A stretch of DNA of 64,000 nucleotides, from NCBI GenBank assembly GCA_051252135.1, contig JBPOGH010000002.1, positions 1 to 64,000 on the forward strand. Reading direction: 5' to 3'. The DNA comes from Verrucomicrobiaceae bacterium. GTDB taxonomy: Bacteria; Verrucomicrobiota; Verrucomicrobiia; Verrucomicrobiales; Akkermansiaceae. The notes beneath the pieces were generated by a model. That model was not told the origin of the DNA, did not search any database, and worked only from the letters and a program-made list of their open reading frames with translations. Each line of letters opens with the position of its first letter. Position 1 is the stretch's first letter. The position numbers and the translations under genes are program-made. This document shows, piece by piece, positions 8,131 through 17,899 of the stretch.

Positions 8131-9933
8131 TTACTCAACCGGTTGGACGGAGATGCGGTGGAAGAGTTTTTCGGTGGAGGCGGGGAAGCCTTCGTCGGTG
8201 GGGAGGAAGGTGTAGGTCCAGGTGTCGTAGAGTCCTCCGCCGGAGGTGACGGCGGGGAGGCGGTTGGCTTTTTGCCAATTATCGAGGTCGTCGCTGAGCC
8301 AGAGGGAGTAGGCGAAATCGGACTTGGTGAAGGCGGGGTGGGCGATGGTGATTTGGCCATCGGCATCCAGGGTGACGGAGGCGATGCGTTGGTCGAGGCC
8401 GTTGAGGGGGCTGCCGTTGAGGGCGGACTCGATGATGGCGGGGGTGCCGTCGTGGTCGGGGTCGCTGTTGAATCCGAGGGTGAGGGAGTTGAAGTTGGCT
8501 TCCCAGGCATCGGGGATGAAGTCGCCATCGAGGTCGCACTCTCCGAAGAGGCTGAGGTCACGGCCGCCGAGGGCGACGGAGTAGGAGGTGAGGGGGTTGA
8601 CGCCGAAGGTGGTGACTTCTCCGCTGCTGCTTTCGAGGCAGTAGAGGCGTCCCCAGCGGTCGTATCCGAGTCCGCGAGGTCCCTGGAGGCCGGATTGTTC
8701 GAGGGTGGGCTGGGAGCCGGGGTCCCAGCGCCAGATTTGTCCGAGGTCGTGGCTGGAGTAGAGGATGTTTCCGTTGGCGGGGTCGAAGGCGAGTCCCCAG
8801 GCGCCGAGGGTGCTGGCGTGGGCGAGGGTGTGGAGGAGGGTGCCGGAGGGGTTGTAGATGCGGACTTCATCGAGTCCGGAATCGGAGACGACGAGCCAGT
8901 TGCGGGAGGGGTCGAAGATGATCTCATTGGGGCGTTGGAAGGCGCCGACGGCGATGGGGGTGCCGGGGGAGCCGGTGGTGAGATTGTAGGGGATGATGGC
9001 GTCGGTAGCGGAGTCGAGGGCGTAGAGGAGGTTGTTTTCCTGGTCGATGGCGAGGCCGTGGAAGACGGAGCCGGGGGAGGAGATGAAGGGGGAAGTGGAG
9101 GCGGTGAGGTCCATGATTTGGATTTCCGCGCCGGTGGGGATGGAGAGGTAGATTTTTCCGGAGGCGGGGTGGAGGACGCTGCTCCAGTAGTTGGTGTTGG
9201 AGAGGATTGCGGTGAGGGGGGCGGAGCCGACGGTGCCTTCCATGAGGGAGAAGGATTGAGGGGCGGTGGCGAGGACGATGTCGTTTGACTGGTTCGAAAT
9301 TTCGGGGACGGCGAAGGCGATTTCACCGAGGCCGACGCGGTCGCCACCGGGGGTTTCGCCCTGGGAGCCATCGCCGGGGAACTGGAAGAAGTTATCGGTG
9401 ATGGTGACTTCGACAAAGCGGGCGGTGATGATTTGTCCGAAGGCGAAGCTTTGGCGGAGGAGTTCGTCGTTGTTGAGGGAGAAGGCGGGGTTGAAGGTGA
9501 TGGAGGTGCCCATGTTGGCGGCGCCGTCGTTTTGGGTGGCGAAGCGGAGGGAGGCTCGTTTGCCGCCGTTGGCATTGGCCTGGACGAAGCCCCAGATGCT
9601 GATCTCATTGAGGTCGCGGTCTTGGCCGAGATCGAGGGTGAGGACGGGGGTGGGGAGGGTGTCGTAGTAGTCGCAGGGGAAGCCGCAGGCGGCGGTGAAC
9701 CAGACGGAGTCCCAGATGCTGGCTCCGTGGATGGCGTTGTGGGGCGGGGCTCCATCGAAGCCGACTCCCGCGCCGTGAATGAGGCGATCAGCGCCGACCG
9801 GATCGGCATTCGGGGTGGGGGCGGTGCTTGATGAGATGGACGCGATGGGATGGAAGGTGGCTGCGGAAAGAGAGGACGCCATTGCGGCAAGGAGAACTCG
9901 AAAAACTGGAAATGAACTTGCCTTAACCCCCAT
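8131..9933 (-). CDS. Secreted protein: discoidin-like domain + NHL/YncE-like beta-propeller + C-terminal SxDLxxW domain
   Basis: Signal peptide from ATG 9933. LTLDLGQ...ARFVEVTITDN...VGLGEIAF, then repeated GLAID/GLAFD/GLGYD blades, D.DGD.IPD.WE and YSLWLSDDLDNW. Confidence 0.75.
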   Translation of the reverse strand: MGVKASSFPVFRVLLAAMASSLSAATFHPIASISSSTAPTPNADPVGADRLIHGAGVGFDGAPPHNAIHGASIWDSVWFTAACGFPCDYYDTLPTPVLTLDLGQDRDLNEISIWGFVQANANGGKRASLRFATQNDGAANMGTSITFNPAFSLNNDELLRQSFAFGQIITARFVEVTITDNFFQFPGDGSQGETPGGDRVGLGEIAFAVPEISNQSNDIVLATAPQSFSLMEGTVGSAPLTAILSNTNYWSSVLHPASGKIYLSIPTGAEIQIMDLTASTSPFISSPGSVFHGLAIDQENNLLYALDSATDAIIPYNLTTGSPGTPIAVGAFQRPNEIIFDPSRNWLVVSDSGLDEVRIYNPSGTLLHTLAHASTLGAWGLAFDPANGNILYSSHDLGQIWRWDPGSQPTLEQSGLQGPRGLGYDRWGRLYCLESSSGEVTTFGVNPLTSYSVALGGRDLSLFGECDLDGDFIPDAWEANFNSLTLGFNSDPDHDGTPAIIESALNGSPLNGLDQRIASVTLDADGQITIAHPAFTKSDFAYSLWLSDDLDNWQKANRLPAVTSGGGLYDTWTYTFLPTDEGFPASTEKLFHRISVQPVE

Positions 9934-10004
9934 AACAATTGAAAAGATAAGGGAAAGATCGTGTTGCTCCAACACTTTTTTCATCAACCCATCCCATCAC
10001 CGAT

Positions 10005-10520
10005 ATGTCCGAACCTTACGTTGGCCAGATACAAACCTTTGGATTTAGTTTTGCGCCGGCCGGTTGGGCGCTTTGCAACGGGCAGATTCTGTCGATCGGT
10101 CAGAACACGGCATTATTCTCGCTGTTAGGGACGACCTACGGAGGCAATGGGGAGACGACATTTGCGCTTCCTGATTTGAGAGGCCGGATGCCGATGCATT
10201 ATGGGAATGGGCCCGGGCTTACCGGTCGCCAGATTGGTCTGAAGAGTGGCTTTGAGACCCATCAACTGAGTGTTGGCGAGATGCCGAATCATTTTCATAC
10301 CCGGACGGTGACTTCGGCAGTGGGCGATGCCACTTCGCCGATTGGAGCGGTGCCGGCGACTGCGAACGATGGAGAGAGCAATTATTCCACAGCCACGTCA
10401 GGTCTCTCGACGGTCAATGGAAATGCGAACGGAGGGAGTCAGGCCCACAACAACATGCCTCCGTATCTGGCGATCAACTTTTCGATTGCTTTGGTTGGGA
10501 TCTTTCCTTCGCAAAATTAG
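10005..10520 (+). CDS. Phage tail-collar domain protein (microcystin-dependent protein, MdpB-like)
   Basis: MSEPYVGQI..FGFSFAP.GWALCNGQ.LSI.QNTALFSLLGTTYGG.G.TTFALPDLRGR and C-terminal HNNMPPYLAINF.IAL.GIFP. Confidence 0.9.
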   Translation: MSEPYVGQIQTFGFSFAPAGWALCNGQILSIGQNTALFSLLGTTYGGNGETTFALPDLRGRMPMHYGNGPGLTGRQIGLKSGFETHQLSVGEMPNHFHTRTVTSAVGDATSPIGAVPATANDGESNYSTATSGLSTVNGNANGGSQAHNNMPPYLAINFSIALVGIFPSQN

Positions 10521-10526
10521 AAGGGG

Positions 10527-11015
10527 ATGTGGCAGCTTGCGGAGGTTTCGCTGCGTCCCCAGACGGATGGGGATATTTCATTTATTGAGGACTTGGTGAT
10601 CGCGGTGCGGGAGCGGGAGCCGGGGTTTTGTGAACTTGCGGCGGAGGAACGGACGCGGATTTTGAGGGAGCAGTCGAAGCTGCAGCTGGCGGATTACGGG
10701 CGGAAGTTTCCGCAGGGACATTTTCTAATTATTGAGGCGTCGGGCAGAGCGATCGGGCGGTTTTATGTGAATCATGCGAGCGATCATATCCGGGTGGTGG
10801 AGCTTTCGGTTTTGCCGGATTACCAGGGGCACGGGATTGGGCAGCAGCTGATGAAATCGGTGCTGGCGGAGGGGACGCGGACGGGGGTTCCGGTGCGGCT
10901 TTCGGTGGCGTTGGGGAATCCGGCGTTCACGTTTTACGAGACGCTGGGATTTCGGGAGACGGGACGGGGGGAGTCGCATCTCCGGATGGAGTGGAAAGCT
11001 GCGGCTATTTCTTAA
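10527..11015 (+). CDS. GNAT N-acetyltransferase (tail-collar associated)
   Basis: Acetyl-CoA motif YQGHGIG and V.LSV..GNPA..FYE.LGF; starts 6 nt after the tail-collar gene. Confidence 0.85.
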   Translation: MWQLAEVSLRPQTDGDISFIEDLVIAVREREPGFCELAAEERTRILREQSKLQLADYGRKFPQGHFLIIEASGRAIGRFYVNHASDHIRVVELSVLPDYQGHGIGQQLMKSVLAEGTRTGVPVRLSVALGNPAFTFYETLGFRETGRGESHLRMEWKAAAIS

Positions 11016-12063
11016 TCCACTGTGCGCCGTATTCGTTGGTGGGGTTCCGGTAGATGGAGTGGATGTGGTCGAGGGGGTTTCCGCCGAGGTCCTGGCCGGT
11101 GTATTCGAGGATGATCTCCGGGCCGACGAGGTGGTAGGAGGCGTCGCTGCCGGGGGTGAAGGGGCCATACCAGGCGAAGTGGGCTTTTTTGAGTTGGGCG
11201 TCGAGCTCGGCCATGCGGGCTGCGGCGGGCTTGGCGGGGAGGTCATCGACCCAGAGGCCGACGAGCTTGAGGAGTTTGGCGTGTTGGGCGGGGGTGAACT
11301 CGCTGACGGGGAGGCCTTTGGTGGGGGGGATGAAGCCGTCTTGTCCGGCACCGGCCTGCATGCGGCCGCGGACGGAACCGATGATGGCTTTGGCGCGTTG
11401 TTCTTCATCGAGGCTGTTCATGAGGTCGATGGCCCAGGCGATTTCATTTTCCATGGGGATGATTTCCTGATCACCGAGCATGAATTTGTGGGGTTGGGTG
11501 CCGATGAAGGCGGGGGAGAGGGTCATTTTTTCGCCGACGATGGTGAGGTTGACGGCGACGTGGTGGCCGTCCCACTGGACGCCCCAGGGTTCGGTGGTGG
11601 AGGGGGTGCCGAAGATGGCGATCCAGAAGTTGGCGGAGCCGAAGCCGCCGCGGCGTTTGGCCTGGGCTTCGTCTTTGATGAGGAGGTCATCGGCCATCAT
11701 GATGTTGCGGGCCATGAGGTAGCCGTTTTCGCTGAGGACGGTGGAGAGGAAGGCGACGGCGCTTTGGAGCTGGGGTTTGGTGAGATCACCGAGGCGGAGG
11801 CCGCCATCGTTGGCCTTGGTGGGGACGTTGGTCCACTTGTGGCGTTCGGGGTCGTTGAGGGGAAGGAGGGCTTGCTTTTTCTCGTCCGGAGAAAGGGTGG
11901 CGAGGAACGCTTCAGCGGCGGCGACTTGCGCTTTGGGTGAGCGGTCGGATTGGGCGGGTTTTTCGGTGGCGAAGACCTCGCTGGCGAGGGTCCAGGCGTG
12001 GTGGGTTTTGGCGAGGACGGGGGTGAGGGTGGAAAGGAGAATGCAGGAGAGGATTTTCATCAT
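11005..12063 (-). CDS. DUF3500 domain protein (secreted)
   Basis: Signal peptide; W.NVP, IFGTPS..PWG.QWDGHH and HIHSIYRNP.NEYG. Confidence 0.85.
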   Translation of the reverse strand: MMKILSCILLSTLTPVLAKTHHAWTLASEVFATEKPAQSDRSPKAQVAAAEAFLATLSPDEKKQALLPLNDPERHKWTNVPTKANDGGLRLGDLTKPQLQSAVAFLSTVLSENGYLMARNIMMADDLLIKDEAQAKRRGGFGSANFWIAIFGTPSTTEPWGVQWDGHHVAVNLTIVGEKMTLSPAFIGTQPHKFMLGDQEIIPMENEIAWAIDLMNSLDEEQRAKAIIGSVRGRMQAGAGQDGFIPPTKGLPVSEFTPAQHAKLLKLVGLWVDDLPAKPAAARMAELDAQLKKAHFAWYGPFTPGSDASYHLVGPEIILEYTGQDLGGNPLDHIHSIYRNPTNEYGAQWIKK

Positions 12064-12310
12064 GATAGGGGGGGCATACGTTGTTGCCAGGGGTTTGGGA
12101 AGGTTGATTTGGAGGTGGGGAGGGACCGGGGGGTGGCCCGATCTTGTGATGTTGAAAAAAAATCACGATGTTTAAAATAGGGTTAAAGTGCTTAATGGTA
12201 GCCTGTTGCGGAGTTTTTATCCTTTGATTCTTCACTTTTTTTCACTTTTTGTTTCAGAGATTCCCTCCGCCCAGACATTGCCATAGGGCAATTCTACAAA
12301 GAATAATCCA

Positions 12311-13081
12311 ATGAAGAAAACAGCACACACATTGACAGGAGTGGCCTTTGCAGCCCTCTCAAGTATATCGCTTTCGCATGCTGCGGTGATCGCGCAAGAC
12401 AACTTTGAATCCTACACGGCTGGATCCGCTGATGCCACGGACTTTACCAGCGGGACTTGGTCCGGTGGTCAGCGGTCCGAATTTGACGTGGTCAACTCGG
12501 GAGCACCTGCTGCGACGCTGACGGGGAACTATGTGGAGATGAAGAGCCGGGTGAACAACTTCAGTTTCGTCAACCAGGACACGGCTACCACGCAAACGGT
12601 AGGGACGATGTCCTTTGATCTCGTGATTCCAAGTGCGGTGGGCACCAATGGTTATTTGCGTCTTTCACTTCAGGGTGATGCGGGACTTTTCCGCCATGTT
12701 GATATCTCGGGAGCCTCCAACACCGGACCTGAAGGGAAGGAAGTGGGTGGTCTGAGTGAAGATACGGTTCATCGTATCGATGCGGTGATGAATACCACGG
12801 GTTCCACCATTAACTTTGGTTCGGAGAGCCTGGCTGCTGATTCCATCGCTGTTTATGTTGATGGCACTCTGGCCTATACAAATACCGCGGCAAACAACGG
12901 AGCGACCCTGGGTCGGGTTGGATTTTGGATGACCGATGAAGCGGCCGGTGCGGTGAAGACGATGTATATGGACAACATGGTCTTCCAGGACGAAGCGATC
13001 ATTACGGCGATTCCCGAGCCGAGCTCATTGGCGTTGGTGGGACTCGGTGCTCTTGGGATGCTGACGCGTCGTCGCAAGTAG
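12311..13081 (+). CDS. PEP-CTERM sorting domain protein
   Basis: Signal peptide and C-terminal IPEPSSLALVGLGALGMLTRRRK. Confidence 0.92.
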   Translation: MKKTAHTLTGVAFAALSSISLSHAAVIAQDNFESYTAGSADATDFTSGTWSGGQRSEFDVVNSGAPAATLTGNYVEMKSRVNNFSFVNQDTATTQTVGTMSFDLVIPSAVGTNGYLRLSLQGDAGLFRHVDISGASNTGPEGKEVGGLSEDTVHRIDAVMNTTGSTINFGSESLAADSIAVYVDGTLAYTNTAANNGATLGRVGFWMTDEAAGAVKTMYMDNMVFQDEAIITAIPEPSSLALVGLGALGMLTRRRK

Positions 13082-13114
13082 GTTATTTTCTCCTTTAACG
13101 GAGAGACATTCTTC

Positions 13115-13147
13115 AAGCCCGGAGCTTTTTTAGCTCTGGGTTTTTTT
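13115..13147 (+). terminator. Rho-independent terminator
   Basis: CCCGGAGC-loop-GCTCTGGG stem followed by T7, downstream of the PEP-CTERM gene. Confidence 0.75.
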
Positions 13148-13206
13148 GTGCCGGGAGGGCAGGATTTTGATCTGTGAAAGCAGCCCGGATATTTCCCCAA
13201 TTTCAA

Positions 13207-14631
13207 ATGAGTCAGCCTTTTAGATGTGTCCTTTCTGTTGTTGCGGCGTTTTGTTTTCTGCTTCCCGCGGAGGGATCGCGGCCGAACATTCTGGTGATCA
13301 TTGCGGATGATCTGGGGTATGCGGATTTGGGGTTTAATGGGGCGAAGGATATTCCGACGCCGCATCTGGATGAGCTGGCGAAGGGGGGGACGATTTGTCA
13401 GTCGGGTTATGTGGCGCATCCGTTTTGCGGGCCGAGTCGGGTGGCGTTGATGACGGGGCGTTACCCTCATGCGGAGGGGATGCCTTTTAATGTGCCGGAG
13501 ACGGGGACGCTGGGGATTGAGGAGGGGCAGTATTTGATGAGTGAGATGTTGCGCGATGCGGGGTATCGGACGGGGATTGTGGGGAAGTGGCATCTGGGAT
13601 TGGAGCCGCAGTATCACCCGAACAAGCATGGCTTTGATGATTTCTATGGGTTCGTGGGTGGCGGGCACAATTATTTCCCAGCGACCTATGCGGCGGAGCT
13701 GGAGCGTCGGGTGAAGCGGGGTCGGGCGACGGAGTATGTCACGCCGCTGGAGCGGAACGGGAAGCCCGTGGAGGAAGAGGGGTATTTGACGGATATTTTG
13801 TCGCGGGAGGCGGGACGGTTTGTCAAGGAATCGGCAAAGGATGAAAAGCCGTTCTTTCTTTATCTGGCCTACAATGCGCCGCACACGCCGATGGAGGCGA
13901 AGGAGGAGGATTTGGCAACGCTGGCGGGGATTACCGATGGAAAACGGCGGGTTTATGCGGCGATGGTTCATGCGGTGGATCGCGGGGTGGGAGAGGTGGT
14001 GGCGGCGCTGAAGGAGAGCGGGCAGTATGAGGAGACTTTGATTGTTTTTTTGAGTGATAATGGGGGGAAGGTTGTGACGGGAGCGGACAACACGCCGCTG
14101 AAGATGGGGAAGGGGAGTGTGTATGAGGGAGGGGTGAGGGTGCCGATGTTTCTCCATTGGCCGAAGGAGGTGAAGGCGGGGCGGAAGTTTGCCTATCCGG
14201 TATCGGCGCTGGATTTCTATCCGACCTTTGCGGGGTTGGCGGGGGTGGAATTGCCCGAGGGGAAGGAGCTGGACGGGGTGAATCTTTGGGAGGATTTTCA
14301 GGCGGGGCGTGATCCGAGAGGGGAGAAGGCGTTGTTCTTTGCGCGGCATCGGGAGCAGCATACGGAGGTGGGTGCGCGGCTCAACGGGTGGAAGATTTTC
14401 CGCTACGGGACGACGGGTGACTGGCAGCTTTATGATTTGAAGGAGGATGTGGGGGAGACGAAGGATGTGAGTGCGAAGCATCCGGAGTTGGTGGAGTCGA
14501 TGGTGAAGGGGGTGGCGCAATGGACGAAGACGCATCAGGCGCCGAAGTGGTTTGATTCACCGGAGTTTGAAGCGGCGTGGGAGAAGAACGGGATGCCTCA
14601 TTTTGAGGAGATGGTGCGGGTGGCAAAGTAA
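13207..14631 (+). CDS. Sulfatase (S1)
   Basis: NILVIIADDLG, CGPSR, GKWHLG, YNAPHTP, SDNGG and KGSVYEGG.RVP. Confidence 0.92.
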   Translation: MSQPFRCVLSVVAAFCFLLPAEGSRPNILVIIADDLGYADLGFNGAKDIPTPHLDELAKGGTICQSGYVAHPFCGPSRVALMTGRYPHAEGMPFNVPETGTLGIEEGQYLMSEMLRDAGYRTGIVGKWHLGLEPQYHPNKHGFDDFYGFVGGGHNYFPATYAAELERRVKRGRATEYVTPLERNGKPVEEEGYLTDILSREAGRFVKESAKDEKPFFLYLAYNAPHTPMEAKEEDLATLAGITDGKRRVYAAMVHAVDRGVGEVVAALKESGQYEETLIVFLSDNGGKVVTGADNTPLKMGKGSVYEGGVRVPMFLHWPKEVKAGRKFAYPVSALDFYPTFAGLAGVELPEGKELDGVNLWEDFQAGRDPRGEKALFFARHREQHTEVGARLNGWKIFRYGTTGDWQLYDLKEDVGETKDVSAKHPELVESMVKGVAQWTKTHQAPKWFDSPEFEAAWEKNGMPHFEEMVRVAK

Positions 14632-14662
14632 GATTTTTGATTCCCAATCCCCTGAAATCGTT

Positions 14663-15538
14663 TTGTCACCGTATGATATTCCCGAGTATGCAACGCCTCA
14701 GCGTGGGCGGATGACTTGTGATGGCGGGCACTTTTACTATGGGGACTACTCAGAGGGATTTGATTTTCCAGAGGGAAAAGTGAGGCCTCATCGTCATCCC
14801 TATTTTGAGATTTTCTACCTTTCCCGAGCCAAGGGAACTTTTCTGGCGGACTTCGTTACTTACCCGGTGGAGGATGATTGCCTGGTGTTTATTTCTCCGG
14901 GTCAAGTCCATGGTTGGCCGGGAGGTGGGAAGCTACGTGGAAGAATGATCTCCTTTGATCAGGCCTTTGTCGCTGATCACGATCATCCTGATGAGATGTT
15001 GATTCGCTCTCCTTTGTTTTACGAGTCAACGGTAGTTCCCGTCGTTCAAGTGGGTGAAAATCCCCTCGTAGGCTCCCTCTTTGCGGAGATTGCCAGGGAA
15101 TTTCATCACACGTGCAGTGACAGTCTGACCGCTTTGCGTTCACTGCTCCATTTGCTGATCATTCAAGCACACCGGATGCACTCTCATTCTGTTCCGGATT
15201 CGCCCCCGGCAAGTATTCGTATCTACCAGCAGTTCATCAAACTTCTGAACGGCGAGGTCCCTGAGAAGAACCTCCCGAGTCACTATGCGGCGGCTCTCGG
15301 GATATCGGCTGATCATTTGGGGCAGTGTGTGAGGCAGTGTTGTGGTCACAGCGCCGGCAGTCTCGTTCGACGACGAATCATTTTAGAGGCGAAACGTCTT
15401 TTGGCTCATTCCCAGCTGACGATTGCGGAAGTGGCCTATCAGCTCCATTTCAAGGATCCTTCATACTTTAGCCGCTTTTTTAAACGTCACGCCGGGGTTC
15501 TCCCAACTGCGTTTCGCGTGGGGCAGGAAAAGACCTGA
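14663..15538 (+). CDS. AraC family transcriptional regulator
   Basis: Cupin PHRH.YFEI; C-terminal HTH EAKRLL...TIAEVAYQLHFKDPSYFSRFFK. Start uncertain (TTG 14663 or ATG 14711). Confidence 0.88.
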   Translation: MSPYDIPEYATPQRGRMTCDGGHFYYGDYSEGFDFPEGKVRPHRHPYFEIFYLSRAKGTFLADFVTYPVEDDCLVFISPGQVHGWPGGGKLRGRMISFDQAFVADHDHPDEMLIRSPLFYESTVVPVVQVGENPLVGSLFAEIAREFHHTCSDSLTALRSLLHLLIIQAHRMHSHSVPDSPPASIRIYQQFIKLLNGEVPEKNLPSHYAAALGISADHLGQCVRQCCGHSAGSLVRRRIILEAKRLLAHSQLTIAEVAYQLHFKDPSYFSRFFKRHAGVLPTAFRVGQEKT

Positions 15539-15551
15539 AGAGAGAGCATCC

Positions 15552-15589
15552 CGGAAAAACACCATTTTGAATGCGGGAATCACCAGATT
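15552..15589 (+). promoter_or_regulatory. Possible AraC-type direct-repeat operator
   Basis: CGGAAAAACACCATT and CGGGAATCACCAGATT, with the CACCA cores 21 bp apart, between the AraC gene and the next gene. Confidence 0.35.
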
Positions 15590-15632
15590 GCGCACTGGCA
15601 AAATCTCCTCTGCAAATCATGGTGTCTCCAAC

Positions 15633-16643
15633 ATGAAAGCAATTCAGTTTACGAAGGACAGCAGCGAGCCCGGTTCCGCGTGCGAAGTGGAGATTTCGAC
15701 TCCTACTCCAAGTGGTTATGACATTTTGGTAAAGATTGAGGCGGTGGGTCTCAACCCGGTTGATTTTAAAGTGCGGCCCGGAGAGGGAGGTGAGCCGAAA
15801 GTGCTTGGTTACGATGCTGCCGGGGTCGTGGTGAGCGTTGGTGATGAGGCGACGATTTTTCAGGAAGGTGATGCGGTATACTACGCAGGGGATGTGACAC
15901 GTCCGGGAACGAATGCGGAGTATCAATTGGTGGATGAGCGGATTGTGGCGAGGCGTCCGGCTTCGCTCGATGCGGCGACGAGTGCGGCGCTTCCGTTGAC
16001 GGCGCTGACGGCTTGGGAGTCGCTCTTTCATCGGCTGGGGATTGATGCAGATGATTTAGAGGGGAATGCGGGGAAGAGTGTGCTGATCATCGGAGGTGCG
16101 GGTGGGGTGGGGTCGATTGGGATTCAGTTGGCGAAGCTTGCGGGGCTGACGGTGGTGGCTACGGCATCTCGTCCGGAGAGTGCGGAGTGGTGTCGCAAGT
16201 TGGGTGCGGATCACGTGATCAGTCACCATGGAGACATGCCGGGACAGCTGCGGGAGTTGGGGATGGAGACGGTGAGCTACATTGCGAACTTTAATGAGAT
16301 CGAGAAGTGCTGGGAGGCGATGGGAGAGATGATTGCGCCGCAGGGGAGCATTGTGCTGATCACGGGGCATGAAAGTCATCTTGATCTGGCGGGGGCGTAT
16401 AAGATGAAGAGCGTGAAGATCTGCTGGGAGTTTATGTTTACGCGGTCGATGTTTGTGACCGATGACATCATTGAGCAGCACCGGATTCTGACGCGGGTGG
16501 CGGGGCTGATCGATGAGGGGAAACTTCAGGCGACGGCGAATGACAATCTGAGTCCGATCAGCGCGGAGAATGTGCTGGAGGGTCACCGGCGCCTGGAATC
16601 AGGCAAGACGATTGGGAAGCTGACGATCTCCGGTTGGGAGTAA
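15633..16643 (+). CDS. Zinc-binding alcohol dehydrogenase family / quinone oxidoreductase-like protein
   Basis: NPVDFK, LGYDAAG, YYAGD..RPGTNAEYQLVDERIV, GGAGGVG and WEFMFTRS. Confidence 0.9.
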   Translation: MKAIQFTKDSSEPGSACEVEISTPTPSGYDILVKIEAVGLNPVDFKVRPGEGGEPKVLGYDAAGVVVSVGDEATIFQEGDAVYYAGDVTRPGTNAEYQLVDERIVARRPASLDAATSAALPLTALTAWESLFHRLGIDADDLEGNAGKSVLIIGGAGGVGSIGIQLAKLAGLTVVATASRPESAEWCRKLGADHVISHHGDMPGQLRELGMETVSYIANFNEIEKCWEAMGEMIAPQGSIVLITGHESHLDLAGAYKMKSVKICWEFMFTRSMFVTDDIIEQHRILTRVAGLIDEGKLQATANDNLSPISAENVLEGHRRLESGKTIGKLTISGWE

Positions 16644-16661
16644 ACCAGACCATTTAAACTT

Positions 16662-16952
16662 ATGTCCAAACTTACGATTGTTGCGAATATTTTTGCGAAG
16701 GAAGACCAGGTTGATCTGGTGAAGTCCGAGCTGCTCAAAGTCATCGCGCCCACGCGGGCGGAAGAAGGGTGTCTTAACTACGATCTTCATCAGGATGATG
16801 GGAATCCGGCGCACTTTTTCTTTTACGAGAACTGGGAGTCCCGTGATCTGTGGCAGGCGCATATGGAGTCGGCGCATGTGGTGGCCTTATTGGCGGCGAC
16901 CGAAGGGGCGCTGGAGAATGTGGTGTTGAACGAGATGACGCAGATCGGGTAG
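16662..16952 (+). CDS. Putative quinol monooxygenase (ABM domain)
   Basis: PTRAEEGCLNYDLH...FYENW...H. Confidence 0.88.
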   Translation: MSKLTIVANIFAKEDQVDLVKSELLKVIAPTRAEEGCLNYDLHQDDGNPAHFFFYENWESRDLWQAHMESAHVVALLAATEGALENVVLNEMTQIG

Positions 16953-17016
16953 GTTTGGGGGAGGAATTTGCGGTGAGGGTGTAAGTTTTCGGCCTGAGGG
17001 AACGTTAGCGGTGCCG

Positions 17017-17898
17017 ATGAAGCTATCTGCGCTCACCTTTAACTTTTTGATGATTGGTTCCTCTGCGATTTTTGCGGAGGCGGGGCCCTATTTTTTGGCG
17101 GATGAGGATCCGAAACCGGAGGGCGTGTCCTGGGTTCCGGTGCCGGAGATGACGGATGATTTCAAGGGGGAGGTTCTTGATCTGAAGAAATGGCAGGCCA
17201 ATCCGAAGGGGAATGGCTGGAGTTGGGATGGTCGTCCGCCGGGGCTTTTTCGGGCGGAGAATGTCTCGGTGAAGGATGGGGTGATGAATGTCACGGTGAG
17301 TGAGCTGGATGCGCCGGTCAAAAAAGGCCGTCATGAGTTCACGCATCAGGGGGCGATTGTGAGGTCGCATCATGCGGGGCAGCCGGGGTGGTATTTTGAG
17401 ACGCGGATGAAGGCGAATGCGACCGAGATGTCATCGACTTTTTGGCTGATGACGAAGGGTCACACCAAGAAGAAGCTGGAGCTGGATATTCAGGAATGTG
17501 TGGGGCGGGTGAGTCCGGATGCGGCGAGTTGGGCGCGGAACTGGGATGAGGTTTATCACTCGAACGTGATTCATCGGGAGAACCGGTGGAACAAGGAAAA
17601 GGTGCAGCAGCAGAGGCAGGTGAAGACGGAGACCAAGAACCATGAGAGATTTTATGTTTATGGGGCGTGGTGGAAGTCGAAGGATGAGATTTTGTTCTTC
17701 CTGAACGGGAAGCATGTTTACTCGGTGAAGCCGAGTGTGGACTGGGACGTGCCGGCGTATATCCAGATGGCGATCGAAGTTTACGACTGGAATCCTTTGC
17801 CTGCTGATGGTGGGTTGGTGAGCAGCGGGACGTGGGAGGAGCGGACGACGAAGTACGATTGGGTTCGGACCTGGAAGCTGGAAGCGGCGCCGAAGTAA
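17017..17898 (+). CDS. Glycoside hydrolase family 16 (agarase/porphyranase/carrageenase-like)
   Basis: Signal peptide; DDF...LDLKKW, MSSTFWL, catalytic ELDIQE (ExDxxE) and YDWVRTW. Confidence 0.85.
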   Translation: MKLSALTFNFLMIGSSAIFAEAGPYFLADEDPKPEGVSWVPVPEMTDDFKGEVLDLKKWQANPKGNGWSWDGRPPGLFRAENVSVKDGVMNVTVSELDAPVKKGRHEFTHQGAIVRSHHAGQPGWYFETRMKANATEMSSTFWLMTKGHTKKKLELDIQECVGRVSPDAASWARNWDEVYHSNVIHRENRWNKEKVQQQRQVKTETKNHERFYVYGAWWKSKDEILFFLNGKHVYSVKPSVDWDVPAYIQMAIEVYDWNPLPADGGLVSSGTWEERTTKYDWVRTWKLEAAPK

Positions 17899-17899
17899 G

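Noticed and set aside
10005..10520. Prophage
   Set aside because: Only a tail-collar domain is present; no capsid, terminase, integrase or lysis genes.
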